Source: Spirochaetia bacterium
GTDB taxonomy: Bacteria; Spirochaetota; Spirochaetia; SZUA-6; Bin103
Length of the DNA: 64,000 nucleotides
Direction of reading: 5' to 3'
Assembly: GCA_965203905.1 (NCBI GenBank)
Contig: CBDBDQ010000005.1
Location: forward strand, 7,680,001-7,744,000
Both the position numbers and the translations under genes were made by a program. The notes beneath the pieces were generated by a model, which saw only the letters and a program-made list of their open reading frames with translations, had not been told where the DNA came from and did no database searches. Below are positions 1 to 9,651 of the stretch, piece after piece (position 1 is the stretch's first letter; each line of letters starts with the position of its first letter).

Positions 1-1698
1 CAGGCCTGGCCCGCCGGGGTGCCGCGCGAGGTCCGCTACCCGCTCGGCGAGATCCCGGTGACCGAGCATCTGCGCCACGCCGCGCGCGCGACACCCGACA
101 AGGCGTGCGTCGTCTACTACGGCTATCGGCTCACCTACGCCGGGCTCGACGAGGCCAGCGACCGGTTCGCCGCCTTCCTGGAGGCGCGCGGGCTGGTCCG
201 CGGAGACCGCGTGGCGGTGCTCCTGTACAACTGTCCGCAGTACTTCATCGTGTTCTACGGCATCCTCAAGCTCGGCTGCGTGCACGTGCCGGTGAACCCG
301 ATGTTCAAGGAACACGAACTGCGCTACCAACTCGTCGACGCCGACCCCAGGGTGCTGGTGGCGATGGACCGGCTCCATCCGCTGGTCGAGGCGGTGCGCG
401 GCGACTCCAACCTGGAGGCGGTGGTGGTCACCCGCTTCACCGACTACCTCCCGAGCGAGCCCGGCCTGCCGCTGCCGAAGCTGCTGCAGGAGCCGCCGCG
501 CGCCTGTCCCGGCGCCCTGGAGCTGCCGGAGCTGCTGGCCGGCCACGGTCCCGGCTTCACGCGGCCCGCCCCGAGCCTCGACGACCTGGCGAGCATCAAC
601 TACACCGGCGGCACCACCGGGATGCCGAAGGGGTGCATGCACACGCAGCGCAACATGCTGCATGCCTGCACCGCGGGCAGAGTGGCGTACCTGCGCCCCG
701 GCGCCTCGCCGCGCGACATCCGTACCGTGTCCTACGTGGCGAGCTTCTGGATCTCCGGCCAACTCCGGCTGATCGAAACGGTCCTGACCGGATCGACGCT
801 CATCTACTTCGCCCGCTGGGACGCCGAGGCCGTGCTGCAGGCGATCGAGCGGTACCGGGTCACGCACCTCAATGGACCGCTCGACACCATCGTGGAACTG
901 ATGGAACGGCCGGACGTGGAGCGCCGCGACCTGAGCTCGCTCGAAGTCACCACCTGCACGTCGTTCGTCAAGAAACTCAACCTCGACTACCGGCGCCGCT
1001 GGCGCGAGCTGACCGGGATCACCTTGCACGAGTCGTCGTTCGGCATGACCGAGACCCATACCTGGGACACCTTCACGATGGGCATGCAGGCCGGCGACAT
1101 GGACCTGAAGTCCACGCCCATCTTCGTGGGGCTGCCGACCGCCGGCACCCGCTACAAGATCGTCGACCGCGACAGCGGCCGGCTGGCGCCGCTCGGGGAG
1201 GAGGGGGAAATCGTGGTGTCCTCGCCGTCGCTCATGAAGGGCTACTGGAGGGACCCGGAGAAGAGTGCCGAGCAGATCCGGGACGGGTGGTTTCGCACCG
1301 GCGACGTCGGCATGATCGACGAGCGCGGCTACCTGCACTACCTCGGGCGCGACAAGGAGATGCTCAAGGTCAAGGGCATGAATGTCTACCCGTTCGAGCT
1401 CGAAAGCCTGCTTGGTCAACACCCGGCGATCGCCGGCAGTGCCGTGGTCGGCCGCGCGGACCGCGAGCGCGGCGAGGTGCCGGTGGCGTTCGTGAAGCTC
1501 GCGCCCGGCTGCGAGGCCACCACGGCCGACCAGATCGGCACCTGGTGCCGTGACAACATGGCGACCTACAAGGTGCCCGAGATCCGCATCGTGGATGAGT
1601 TCCCGCTCACGGAGGTCGGCAAGGTGAGCAAGGTCCTGCTGCGCCGGCGGTTGCGGGGCGGCGCGGCGGTCGACACCGCCTACCAGGTGTCGACGTAG
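1..1698 (+). CDS. AMP-dependent acyl-CoA synthetase (long-chain fatty acid-CoA ligase family), probably 5'-truncated by the window edge
   Basis: YTGGTTGMPKG AMP-binding motif, FGMTET, GWFRTGD, C-terminal GKVSK; frame is open back to the window start. Confidence 0.9.
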   Translation, partial: QAWPAGVPREVRYPLGEIPVTEHLRHAARATPDKACVVYYGYRLTYAGLDEASDRFAAFLEARGLVRGDRVAVLLYNCPQYFIVFYGILKLGCVHVPVNPMFKEHELRYQLVDADPRVLVAMDRLHPLVEAVRGDSNLEAVVVTRFTDYLPSEPGLPLPKLLQEPPRACPGALELPELLAGHGPGFTRPAPSLDDLASINYTGGTTGMPKGCMHTQRNMLHACTAGRVAYLRPGASPRDIRTVSYVASFWISGQLRLIETVLTGSTLIYFARWDAEAVLQAIERYRVTHLNGPLDTIVELMERPDVERRDLSSLEVTTCTSFVKKLNLDYRRRWRELTGITLHESSFGMTETHTWDTFTMGMQAGDMDLKSTPIFVGLPTAGTRYKIVDRDSGRLAPLGEEGEIVVSSPSLMKGYWRDPEKSAEQIRDGWFRTGDVGMIDERGYLHYLGRDKEMLKVKGMNVYPFELESLLGQHPAIAGSAVVGRADRERGEVPVAFVKLAPGCEATTADQIGTWCRDNMATYKVPEIRIVDEFPLTEVGKVSKVLLRRRLRGGAAVDTAYQVST

Positions 1699-4600
1699 GG
1701 GCGCTTCTTGCCGGACCGCGGCGCCGGCGGCGGCAGCCGCCGCATGCTGGCGGCGATCCAGCGGCGCGTGTCGGCGGGGTCGATCACGTCGTCCACGCCG
1801 CCGCCGGCTACGGCGTTGACGGCCTTGGCCCGTTCGTAGGCTTCCGCGACCCGGCGCTCGAACTCCGCGCGCCGCTGCTCGGGATCCGCGATCGCCGCCA
1901 GCTCCCGGCGGTAGCCGAGCTTGACCGCGCCTTCCAGGTTCATGCCCGAGAACTCGGCCGTCGGCCAGGCGACGGTGAAGAAACCGAGCAGCGAGCAGGC
2001 GCCGCACATCGCCTGCACGCCCAGCCCGTACGCCTTGCGTACGATGACGCCGAACAGCGGCGTGGTCAGGTTGGCGCCGGTGTTGAACATGCGCGCGCAG
2101 TGCCGGACCAGCGCCGTGCGCTCGTGCTCCGGCCCGACCATGATGCCGGGGCAATCCATCAGGCTCAGCACCGGGATGTCGAAGGCGTCGCACAACTGCA
2201 GGAAGCGCGCGCCCTTGTCGGCGGCGTCGGAGTCGATCGCCCCGGCCAGGTGGTGCGGGTTGTTGGCCAGCACTCCCAGGGGGCGGCCCTCGACCCGGAT
2301 GAACGCGGTGATGATGCCGACGCCGAATTGCGCGCGCAGCTCCAGGATCGAGCCGCGGTCGGCGATGGTCTCGATCACCTCGCGCATGTCGTACAGGCGC
2401 AGCCGGTTGTCCGGCACCACGTGCCGCAGGCGGCGCTGGTCGTGGCTGTCCCAGTCATCGAGCGCGCCCTGGAAGTACGACAGGTAGCGCCTGGCCACGT
2501 CGACGGCGCTCTCCTCGTCCTCCACCAGGATGTCGACCACGCCGTTGGCGACCTGAAACGACATCGGCCCCACCTCCTCCGGCGTGTAGACCCCCAGGCC
2601 GCCGCCTTCGATCATCGCCGGCCCTCCCATCCCGATGGTCGAGTTGCGGGTGGCGATGATCACGTCGCAGCAGGCCAGCAGCGCGGTGTTGCCGGCGAAG
2701 CAGCGCCCGTTGTTGACGCCGACCAGCGGCACCAGGCCGCTGAGTTGCGAGAACTGCATGAAGGTGGGGGTGTCCATGGCCACGCGTGGTCCCACGTAGT
2801 CGTCGCCGGGGCGGCCGCCGCCGCCTTCGGTGAACACCACCACCGGAAGCCGGAAGCGCGTCGCCAGTTCGTACATCCGGTCCTGCTTGTAGTGGTTGCG
2901 GCGGCCCTGAGTGCCGGCCAGCACGGTGTAGTCGTAGGCGACCACGATCGCGCGTGCGTGCTGGTCGTCGAACCGGTCGCCGTTGATCGACGCCGTACCG
3001 ACCACCAGGCCGTCGCCCGGCGTCTTCTCGCGCAGCCCCTGGTCGTCGTTGCGCTGGTGCTGTTGCGCCACCACCAGCGGCCAGTACTCCTGGAACGAGC
3101 CCGGGTCGACGAGTTGGGCGATGTTGCGGCGCGCCATGCGGAACCCGAGCCGGCGCCGCTTGGCGACCGCTTCCGGCCGGTGCTCGTCCAGCGTGTAGGC
3201 GTGCCGGTCGATCGTTTCCTGCAGGTCGGGGCGGATGCGGTCGAGGTCGATCGATTGCTCGGCGGCGGCGCTGCGTTCCCCCAGGTCCGCCGGTTCGACG
3301 TACACCAGCGGGTGTCCCTCGCCGACGACGTCACCCACGCTCACCGCAATGCCGCGCACGTGGCCCGCTGCCTCGGCCTCGACGAAGTGCTGCATCTTCA
3401 TCGCTTCCACCACGACCAGCTCCTGGCCGGCGTGCACGGCATCGCCCACGGCGACCAGCACGCTGACGACGGTGCCCTGGATGGGAGCCGGCAGCGCGAC
3501 CGAGCCATCCGGTGCGTCGGCGTCGGCGTCGGTCAGGGACATGGCCGCGTCGGTCCGGCCGACGGGATCGCTGCCCTGGGCCGCGCGGGCGTGGGCGAAC
3601 ACCGCCAGCGGATCGGTGCCGCCGGCGTGCGCGCCGCCGGCGGGGGCGGCCCCGGCCGCGCCGGCGCGGGCGACCGCTGCCGGCGGATCGGTGCCGCCGG
3701 TCTGCGCGCCGGCTTTGGCCGCCGCCCCGGCCAACGGTCGCGGCCGCGGGTCGGTGCGCGGCGCCGCGAGGTCGGACAGGTGGTCGTCGACGAACCGCGT
3801 GTACAGGCGCCCGGCGCGGAAGTCCGGGTGGTCCAAGAGGTTCTGCAGGAACGGGATGTTGGTCGCCACGCCCGCAAGGCGGAATTCGCCCAGTGCCCGT
3901 GACGTGCGCCGCACCGCGTCCGCGAAGTTCGGCGACGGCGAGTGACCGACCACCTTGGCCAGTAGCGAGTCGAATGCGGGGTTGGTCGTATAGCCGGCGT
4001 AGCCGTAGGTGTCGGTGCGAACGCCGGGCCCGGTCGGCGGCTCGAACGCGGTGATGGTTCCCGCCGCGGGCCGCACGCGGCCGTCGGCGCTCACGGTCTC
4101 CAGGTTCACGCGCGCCTGGATCGCGAAGCCGCGGGCGGCAGGGATCTGATCCTGCGTGAGCCCGAGTTCCGCCAGCGACCGGCCGCCGGCGATGCCGAGC
4201 TGCGCCTGCACCAGGTCGAGGCCGGTGACCGCCTCGGTAACCGTGTGCTCCACCTGCAGCCGGGGGTTGGCCTCGATGAAGTAGAACGCGGCCGCTTCGC
4301 CCGAGTCGTCCGCGTCCACCAGGAACTCGAATGTGCCGAGGCCGCGGTAACCGACCGCGGCCGCCACGCGCTTCGCCGCGTCGATGATGCGCGCGCGCAA
4401 CGCGCCTGGCAGGCCGGGCGCCGGGGCGATCTCGATCAGCTTCTGGTGGCGCCGCTGGGCGCTGCATTCGCGCTCGCCGGCCTGCACCACGTCGGTGCCG
4501 TCACCGACGATCTGCACCTCCACGTGGCGGGCCCGCGTGACCATCCGCTCCACGTACAGCGTGCCGTCGCCGAACGCCGCCTCTGCTTCGGAGCGGCACC

Positions 4601-5150
4601 GTTCGAAGCTGGCTGCAATCTGGTCCGCGCTCCGGACGGCGCGGGTGCCGCGGCCGCCGCCGCCGGCCACCGCCTTGATCATCATCGCGGAGCCGGCGGG
4701 CAGTCCCCTGAAGAAGGCGGCCGCCTGGTCGACGCCGGTCGGCGCGTCGGTTCCGGGCAGCACCGGAACGTCGTGCGCTACCGCCGCGGCGCGCGCCCGC
4801 GGCTTGTCGCCGAACAGCTCCAGCGTCTCGACCGCCGGCCCCACGAAGCGCAACCCGCCCTCCTCACAGGCGCGCGCGAAGGCGGCGCTCTCGGCCAGGA
4901 ACCCGTAGCCGGGGTGGATCGAGTCGCAGCCGGCCGCGCGCGCGAGCCGAACGATGCCGGTGCCGTCCAGGTAGGCGGGTACGCCGCGCCCGGACAGCGG
5001 CAGCGCCTCGTCGGCCGCCTGCACGTGCAGCGACGCCGCGTCGTCTTGCGAGTGGATGGCGACGGTCGCGATGCCGAGGTCGGCGGCGGCCCGCGCCACG
5101 CGAACCGCGACCTCGCCGCGATTCGCGATCAGGAGTTTGCGCAGCGCCAC
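1680..5150 (-). CDS. Single-chain acyl-CoA carboxylase (biotin carboxylase + BCCP + carboxyltransferase)
   Basis: KLLIANRGE, HPGYGFLAE, GGGGRG, EANPRLQVEH, biotinylation motif EAMKM, CT motifs GGGGRPGD and IDPADTR; true start is likely GTG at 5150, overlapping the upstream TAG. Confidence 0.9.
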   Translation of the reverse strand: MALRKLLIANRGEVAVRVARAAADLGIATVAIHSQDDAASLHVQAADEALPLSGRGVPAYLDGTGIVRLARAAGCDSIHPGYGFLAESAAFARACEEGGLRFVGPAVETLELFGDKPRARAAAVAHDVPVLPGTDAPTGVDQAAAFFRGLPAGSAMMIKAVAGGGGRGTRAVRSADQIAASFERCRSEAEAAFGDGTLYVERMVTRARHVEVQIVGDGTDVVQAGERECSAQRRHQKLIEIAPAPGLPGALRARIIDAAKRVAAAVGYRGLGTFEFLVDADDSGEAAAFYFIEANPRLQVEHTVTEAVTGLDLVQAQLGIAGGRSLAELGLTQDQIPAARGFAIQARVNLETVSADGRVRPAAGTITAFEPPTGPGVRTDTYGYAGYTTNPAFDSLLAKVVGHSPSPNFADAVRRTSRALGEFRLAGVATNIPFLQNLLDHPDFRAGRLYTRFVDDHLSDLAAPRTDPRPRPLAGAAAKAGAQTGGTDPPAAVARAGAAGAAPAGGAHAGGTDPLAVFAHARAAQGSDPVGRTDAAMSLTDADADAPDGSVALPAPIQGTVVSVLVAVGDAVHAGQELVVVEAMKMQHFVEAEAAGHVRGIAVSVGDVVGEGHPLVYVEPADLGERSAAAEQSIDLDRIRPDLQETIDRHAYTLDEHRPEAVAKRRRLGFRMARRNIAQLVDPGSFQEYWPLVVAQQHQRNDDQGLREKTPGDGLVVGTASINGDRFDDQHARAIVVAYDYTVLAGTQGRRNHYKQDRMYELATRFRLPVVVFTEGGGGRPGDDYVGPRVAMDTPTFMQFSQLSGLVPLVGVNNGRCFAGNTALLACCDVIIATRNSTIGMGGPAMIEGGGLGVYTPEEVGPMSFQVANGVVDILVEDEESAVDVARRYLSYFQGALDDWDSHDQRRLRHVVPDNRLRLYDMREVIETIADRGSILELRAQFGVGIITAFIRVEGRPLGVLANNPHHLAGAIDSDAADKGARFLQLCDAFDIPVLSLMDCPGIMVGPEHERTALVRHCARMFNTGANLTTPLFGVIVRKAYGLGVQAMCGACSLLGFFTVAWPTAEFSGMNLEGAVKLGYRRELAAIADPEQRRAEFERRVAEAYERAKAVNAVAGGGVDDVIDPADTRRWIAASMRRLPPPAPRSGKKRPYVDTW

Positions 5151-5920
5151 TACCTTCCCGTCCAGTTGGGCGGCCGCTTCTCGGCGAACGCCCGCGGTCC
5201 CTCGACGTAGTCCTCGCTGTTCCGCATCGCCTCGACGGAGTCGTGCCGGCGCCGTATCGCCTCCTCCAGCGAGGGCGTGTCGAGGCTCCGGTACACCACG
5301 TCCTTGGATGCGCGGATCGACAGCGGCGCGCAGGCGCAGATCATCTGCGCCCAGCGGTTCGCCTCGCTCAGGATGTCGGCGTCGGGAACCACGGCGGTGA
5401 CGAAACCGAGCTCGTAGCCCTCCTCGGCGGATACGTGGCGGCCGGTGAGAATCATGCCGAGGGCGCGTTTGGTGCCGATCTCGCGCGGCAGGCGCTGCAT
5501 GCCGCCGGCGACTGCCGCCAGGCCAACCGTCGCCTCCGGCAGTGCGAAGCGCGCGCTGCGCGCGGCGATGATCAGGTCGCAGGCGAGCGCGATCTCGAAA
5601 CCACCGCCCATGCACACGCCGTTGACGGCGGCGATGATCGGCTTGGTCAGGTCGAACCGGGAGGTCAGGCCGCCGAATCCTCGCGGTGTGGGCACGCGCG
5701 GTCCGCCTTCAGCCTGGTAGCGGAGGTCGTTGCCGGCGCAGAAGCCGCGGCCTTCTCCGGTAATGATCGCTACCCATGCATCGTCGTTGGCGGCGAAGTC
5801 GTCGAACACGCGGCCGAGCTCGGCGTTGGCGGGCGGATGCAGCGCGTTGAGGCGCTCCGGTCGCGTGATCGTCACGGTCATGACCTGCCCGGACAGGTCG
5901 ACCCGGCAGAATTCCGTCAT
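5150..5920 (-). CDS. Enoyl-CoA hydratase/crotonase family protein
   Basis: FCAGNDL, KPIIAAVNG..GGGFEIALACD, FALPE, AFAEKRPPNW; GGAGGG RBS before ATG 5920. Confidence 0.9.
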   Translation of the reverse strand: MTEFCRVDLSGQVMTVTITRPERLNALHPPANAELGRVFDDFAANDDAWVAIITGEGRGFCAGNDLRYQAEGGPRVPTPRGFGGLTSRFDLTKPIIAAVNGVCMGGGFEIALACDLIIAARSARFALPEATVGLAAVAGGMQRLPREIGTKRALGMILTGRHVSAEEGYELGFVTAVVPDADILSEANRWAQMICACAPLSIRASKDVVYRSLDTPSLEEAIRRRHDSVEAMRNSEDYVEGPRAFAEKRPPNWTGR

Positions 5921-6054
5921 GGCGGTCCCTCCTGGTGGGAAGCGTCCCACGTCTCGCCATCATATCTGTCCCGCACCCTCTCGGTCACACGCGGAGAAGC
6001 GGGAGGGGAGCATGACTATTCCCATGATACATACGGTATGATACCATTGGAATA

Positions 6055-7179
6055 ATGAAGCAGTTCGTGTTCGACCGGCTTGTCGACCGTGAGAACATCT
6101 GCAACCAGCAGCGCGAGCAGCAGGTGCTCCGAGATGCGGTCGCGCGCGGATACCGCATGGTGGTCTACGGCCCGCGCAACTACGGCAAGACCTCGGTGGT
6201 GCGCAACATCACCATCGAGGAGTTCCGCCGCACCCGGGGGCGCCGCTTCGTGCTGTTCGCGGATCTGCTGGGGGTCCGCTCCATGCAATCCCTGACCCGG
6301 CGGTTGGCTGGCAGTCTGCAGCGCTCCTTCGCCGCTTCCTTCCCGGTCAGGAGTCTCCTGGAGAACGCATCGCGGTTCCTGGGTGCGCTGCTTCCCGAGG
6401 TCTCGCTCGATCCGCAGACCGGGAGCCCGAGCCTGTCGTTGCACACCCGCGAGCCGGAGTCCAGCCGCAGCCTGCAGACGCTCTGGGACCACATCTCCGG
6501 CATCACCGCGGAAGTCGACTCGCTCATCGTGCTCGACGAGTTCCAGGACGTGGCGTTCATCGACGAAGCGGCGGCGCAGTTGCGCTCCTGCCTCGAAGGG
6601 CTCGATGCGACGCCCATACTGCTGCTCGGCTCCAAGCGGCACATGCTCGCCGACCTGTTCGCCGCTCCAGGCGCCCCGCTGAGTGCCTGGGGATCCGACC
6701 TGGAGTTCCACCCGATCCCCCACGACGAGTACCACCGATACATGGAGGAACGGTTCCGCCCGCGCCGCTTGACGATCTCGCGCGAGGTGGCGGCCACCCT
6801 GCAGGACGAAATGCAGCGCGTGCCGGAGGCGATCAACCGGCTGTGCGCCCAGTTGCTGGAGTTGCACCAGGCCGTTGAGATCGATCAGACCATGGTGCGG
6901 GCAGCACTGGTGAATCTGCTGGAGAACCGGGAGGGCCGCTTCGCGGCTTACTTGTCGGCGTTCTCCGGAACCGACGAGAGCGTTGTGACCGAGATCGCGC
7001 GCCGCGAGCGGGTTGCGCATCCGCAGTCGAAGGGCTTTCTCGCGAGCGTCGGGCTGTCCAACCGCACGGTGGCGCTGGCGGTCAGACGGCTGTGGGACCG
7101 CGGCGTGATCGAGCATGTCGCGGGCAGCTACCGGATCGCCGATCCCCTGCTCGCCGCCTACCTGCGCCGATACCGTTAG
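6055..7179 (+). CDS. AAA+ ATPase, archaeal-ATPase-like, with C-terminal winged helix
   Basis: Walker A GPRNYGKT, Walker B IVLDEFQ, LLGS, C-terminal YRIADPLL. Confidence 0.75.
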   Translation: MKQFVFDRLVDRENICNQQREQQVLRDAVARGYRMVVYGPRNYGKTSVVRNITIEEFRRTRGRRFVLFADLLGVRSMQSLTRRLAGSLQRSFAASFPVRSLLENASRFLGALLPEVSLDPQTGSPSLSLHTREPESSRSLQTLWDHISGITAEVDSLIVLDEFQDVAFIDEAAAQLRSCLEGLDATPILLLGSKRHMLADLFAAPGAPLSAWGSDLEFHPIPHDEYHRYMEERFRPRRLTISREVAATLQDEMQRVPEAINRLCAQLLELHQAVEIDQTMVRAALVNLLENREGRFAAYLSAFSGTDESVVTEIARRERVAHPQSKGFLASVGLSNRTVALAVRRLWDRGVIEHVAGSYRIADPLLAAYLRRYR

Positions 7180-7204
7180 CGCCGGAGGCTCCCCCGGACG
7201 GTGA

Positions 7205-7736
7205 CTTGACGGCAGGCGGCGGCGTGGTAGGATACGGGTCAGGGACTAAACGGATGCGGATGAATCGCCATGACGACTGTCAGCGCGGTGGCCGGCTGGT
7301 GACCCAGCCGGTGGCTTCTACCCGAGTTCTCCCCCCCCCAAGATACCCTATAATTATTTATCAAATAAGCAATTAAGCGCTCTACCGAGAGCACCATACG
7401 CACCCCGGCTCACGCCGTCGCCTTCACCGCCGCCACTACTTCCGGTGGCGCCGGTTCGGTCCATCGCCATGGATCGTCAGCCCTTCTGCACTCTTCCACG
7501 TATCACTCTTTTCGTCCGCGACACCCTGCCGTTTGCCGGCATACAGGAGGCACACGAGTGAGACTCAGAGAACCGTAGGCGCGCGCGGCGTGAGCCCGGG
7601 GCGACCCGGCCGAGTCACACGCCGCGCGCTCCGCAAAATGACTCGAGCTGGCCGCCCGCGTTGCGGGCGTGAGAGCAGCCAGGGAGCGGCAATCCGTTCC
7701 GCAATACTCTCAAGAAATCCACCAACGGAGTCAAGT
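7205..7736 (+). repeat. Conserved long 5' leader of Opp/Dpp-type SBP gene, copy 1
   Basis: Colinear similarity with 56663-57312 (minus): shared CCGTCGCCTTCACC, CGGTCCATCGCC, CGCGCGCGGCGTGAGCCCGGGG, GCCCGCGTTGCGGGCGT, GCAATACTCTC. Confidence 0.85.
7206..7233 (+). promoter_or_regulatory. Sigma70-type promoter opening the conserved SBP leader
   Basis: TTGACG (7206-7211), 16 nt, TAGGAT (7228-7233) preceded by TGG (extended -10). Confidence 0.55.
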
Positions 7737-9536
7737 ATGAAACCTGTAAGAACCACATTGACCTTCGCGGTCGCGTTGGTCCTGGTGCTGACCGCGACCG
7801 GCCTGTGGGCCGCTGCGGCAGAAGAGGAGCCGGCAGCCACCGCAGAGAAGGAGATGGTGCGCGACCCGTCCACCGGCGAGATGGTCGAAGCCCCCCGCTA
7901 TGGAGGGACCTTCACCCATGCCGAGAGGACCGGAGCCGACACTCCTGACACCTGGTTCAGCGGCGGTCAGGCGGCGACGTTCTTCATCAGTACCGTTCTC
8001 GAGAAGCTCAGCGTCGGGAACTGGGCGATCGACAGAGAGGAACATGGCTGGAATACGACCAGCGTACCTCTCTCTGCCTTGAAAGGGGCGCTGGCGGAAA
8101 GCTGGTCACAGCCTGACCCGCTGACCTATGTCTTCAACATCCGGCAGGGCGTCCACTGGCACAACAAGGCACCGATGAACGGTCGGGAGCTGACCGCCGA
8201 TGATATCGTGTTCAACTTTCACCGCTATCTGGGGCTGGGCAGTGGCTTTACCGAGAGCAGCCCGCGTCTCGGGCAACTCGCCGCCTTCTCATTCGAATCG
8301 GTAGAGGCCACCGACGAATGGACGGTGGTCATGAAGCTCAAGGAGCCACGCCTGTTTGCGCTGGAGATTATCATCGACCAGTACAGCAACTGGATGTACC
8401 CCCCCGAGGTCATCGAGGAACACGGCGACGCCCGGGATTGGAGGAACCTGGTCGGCACCGGGCCCTATGAGCTGACTGACTACGTCGAGGGCGTCTCTGC
8501 TACCTTCGACAAGAATCCTGACTACTGGGGCTCCGACGACAAGTACCCGCAGAACCGCTTGCCCTATATTGACCAGATAACGGGCCTGATTATGCCAGAG
8601 GGAGCGACCCGCCTGGCGGCACTGCGCGCGGGAACGCTTGATTACATAGGTACTCCCGGCAACACCCAACTGAGGACGATCGACCAGGTAGAGAGCGTCC
8701 AGCGCATCAGCCCCGACCTGGTGGTGTGGCAATATCCGTATCGGTCAGATAATTCTTTTGGCGTCAACGTCCAGAAGCCGCCCTTTGACGACATCCGGGT
8801 GCGCCAGGCAATGCAGATGGCACTCGATCTCGACACGATCTATGCGACCTATTACAAGGGTTATGGATCTACCAGGCCTCAGGGGGTCTACGGCGAAGAG
8901 CTGAAGGGGTGGACGACCCCCTTCGAAGAGTGGCCCGAAGCGGTCCAGAAGGTCTATACCTACGACCCGGCGGGGGCAGAAGCGTTGCTCGATGCGGCTG
9001 GGTATCCACGCGGCGCCGACGGTACTCGCTTCAAGGCCGTGTTGAGCCACCTCGAGCGGTACGACACCACGTTTGCGGAGTTGGTCGCCGCGCAGTGGGG
9101 TGAGGTCGGTGCCGATGTCGAGGTTCGGGTAACACCGGTGCCTGAGTTTGTCTCCCTCAGAACTGAGGGACTATTTGAGATGATCTCCGCGGAGTTAGGC
9201 GGGCTTCCGAGTCCTTCCGTAGCCGGGCTGGGCGCATACTACACGCACACGTCCTGGGCCCATTCCAACGTGTCTGACCCGGTTTATGACGCCATGTTCG
9301 AAGCCCAACAAAACGCCACCACCGTCGAGGAATCGCGGAGGCTGACGAGAGAGGGATACCTGTACGCGCTGGAGCGGCACTGGAGCATATGGGGCGGCGA
9401 AGTCCCACAGTTCAACGTGAGCCAGCCGTGGGTCAAAGGCTACAACGGGGAAATCTGGTTGGGTGTCGGTCAGCAGGACACCTTCTTCGCCCGTCTCTGG
9501 ATTGATCAGGATCTCAAGGCAGAAATGGGCTTTTAG
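7737..9536 (+). CDS. ABC transporter substrate-binding protein, family 5 (Opp/Dpp/Nik)
   Basis: Signal peptide, PRYGGT, LAESW, TADDIVF, VGTGPY, PPFDDIRVRQAM. Confidence 0.9.
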   Translation: MKPVRTTLTFAVALVLVLTATGLWAAAAEEEPAATAEKEMVRDPSTGEMVEAPRYGGTFTHAERTGADTPDTWFSGGQAATFFISTVLEKLSVGNWAIDREEHGWNTTSVPLSALKGALAESWSQPDPLTYVFNIRQGVHWHNKAPMNGRELTADDIVFNFHRYLGLGSGFTESSPRLGQLAAFSFESVEATDEWTVVMKLKEPRLFALEIIIDQYSNWMYPPEVIEEHGDARDWRNLVGTGPYELTDYVEGVSATFDKNPDYWGSDDKYPQNRLPYIDQITGLIMPEGATRLAALRAGTLDYIGTPGNTQLRTIDQVESVQRISPDLVVWQYPYRSDNSFGVNVQKPPFDDIRVRQAMQMALDLDTIYATYYKGYGSTRPQGVYGEELKGWTTPFEEWPEAVQKVYTYDPAGAEALLDAAGYPRGADGTRFKAVLSHLERYDTTFAELVAAQWGEVGADVEVRVTPVPEFVSLRTEGLFEMISAELGGLPSPSVAGLGAYYTHTSWAHSNVSDPVYDAMFEAQQNATTVEESRRLTREGYLYALERHWSIWGGEVPQFNVSQPWVKGYNGEIWLGVGQQDTFFARLWIDQDLKAEMGF

Positions 9537-9590
9537 GCTCCTTTAGGCTTGTTCCGGGGTGAGCTTGCTCCGGGGTGAGCTTGCACGAGG

Positions 9591-9627
9591 AAGGGGGCTG
9601 GGAGGCGCGGTTCTCCAGCTCCCTTTC
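9591..9627 (+). terminator. Stem-loop between SBP and permease
   Basis: GAAGGGGGCTGGGAG...CTCCAGCTCCCTTTC inverted repeat; analogous hairpins at 31507-31550 and 54816-54858. Confidence 0.5.
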
Positions 9628-9651
9628 TCATTGAACGACGAGGCGTGTGAC

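Noticed and set aside
105-5210. Long alternative-frame and antisense ORFs (e.g. 105-1553, 2100-3902, and similar ones across the window such as 18457-20301 and 62071-63768)
   Set aside because: Arg/Pro/Ala-rich shadow ORFs typical of high-GC DNA; they overlap well-supported genes and lack motifs
5151-5615. N-terminal extension making a 1311-aa carboxylase
   Set aside because: Overlaps the hydratase gene in another frame; homology starts at GTG 5150
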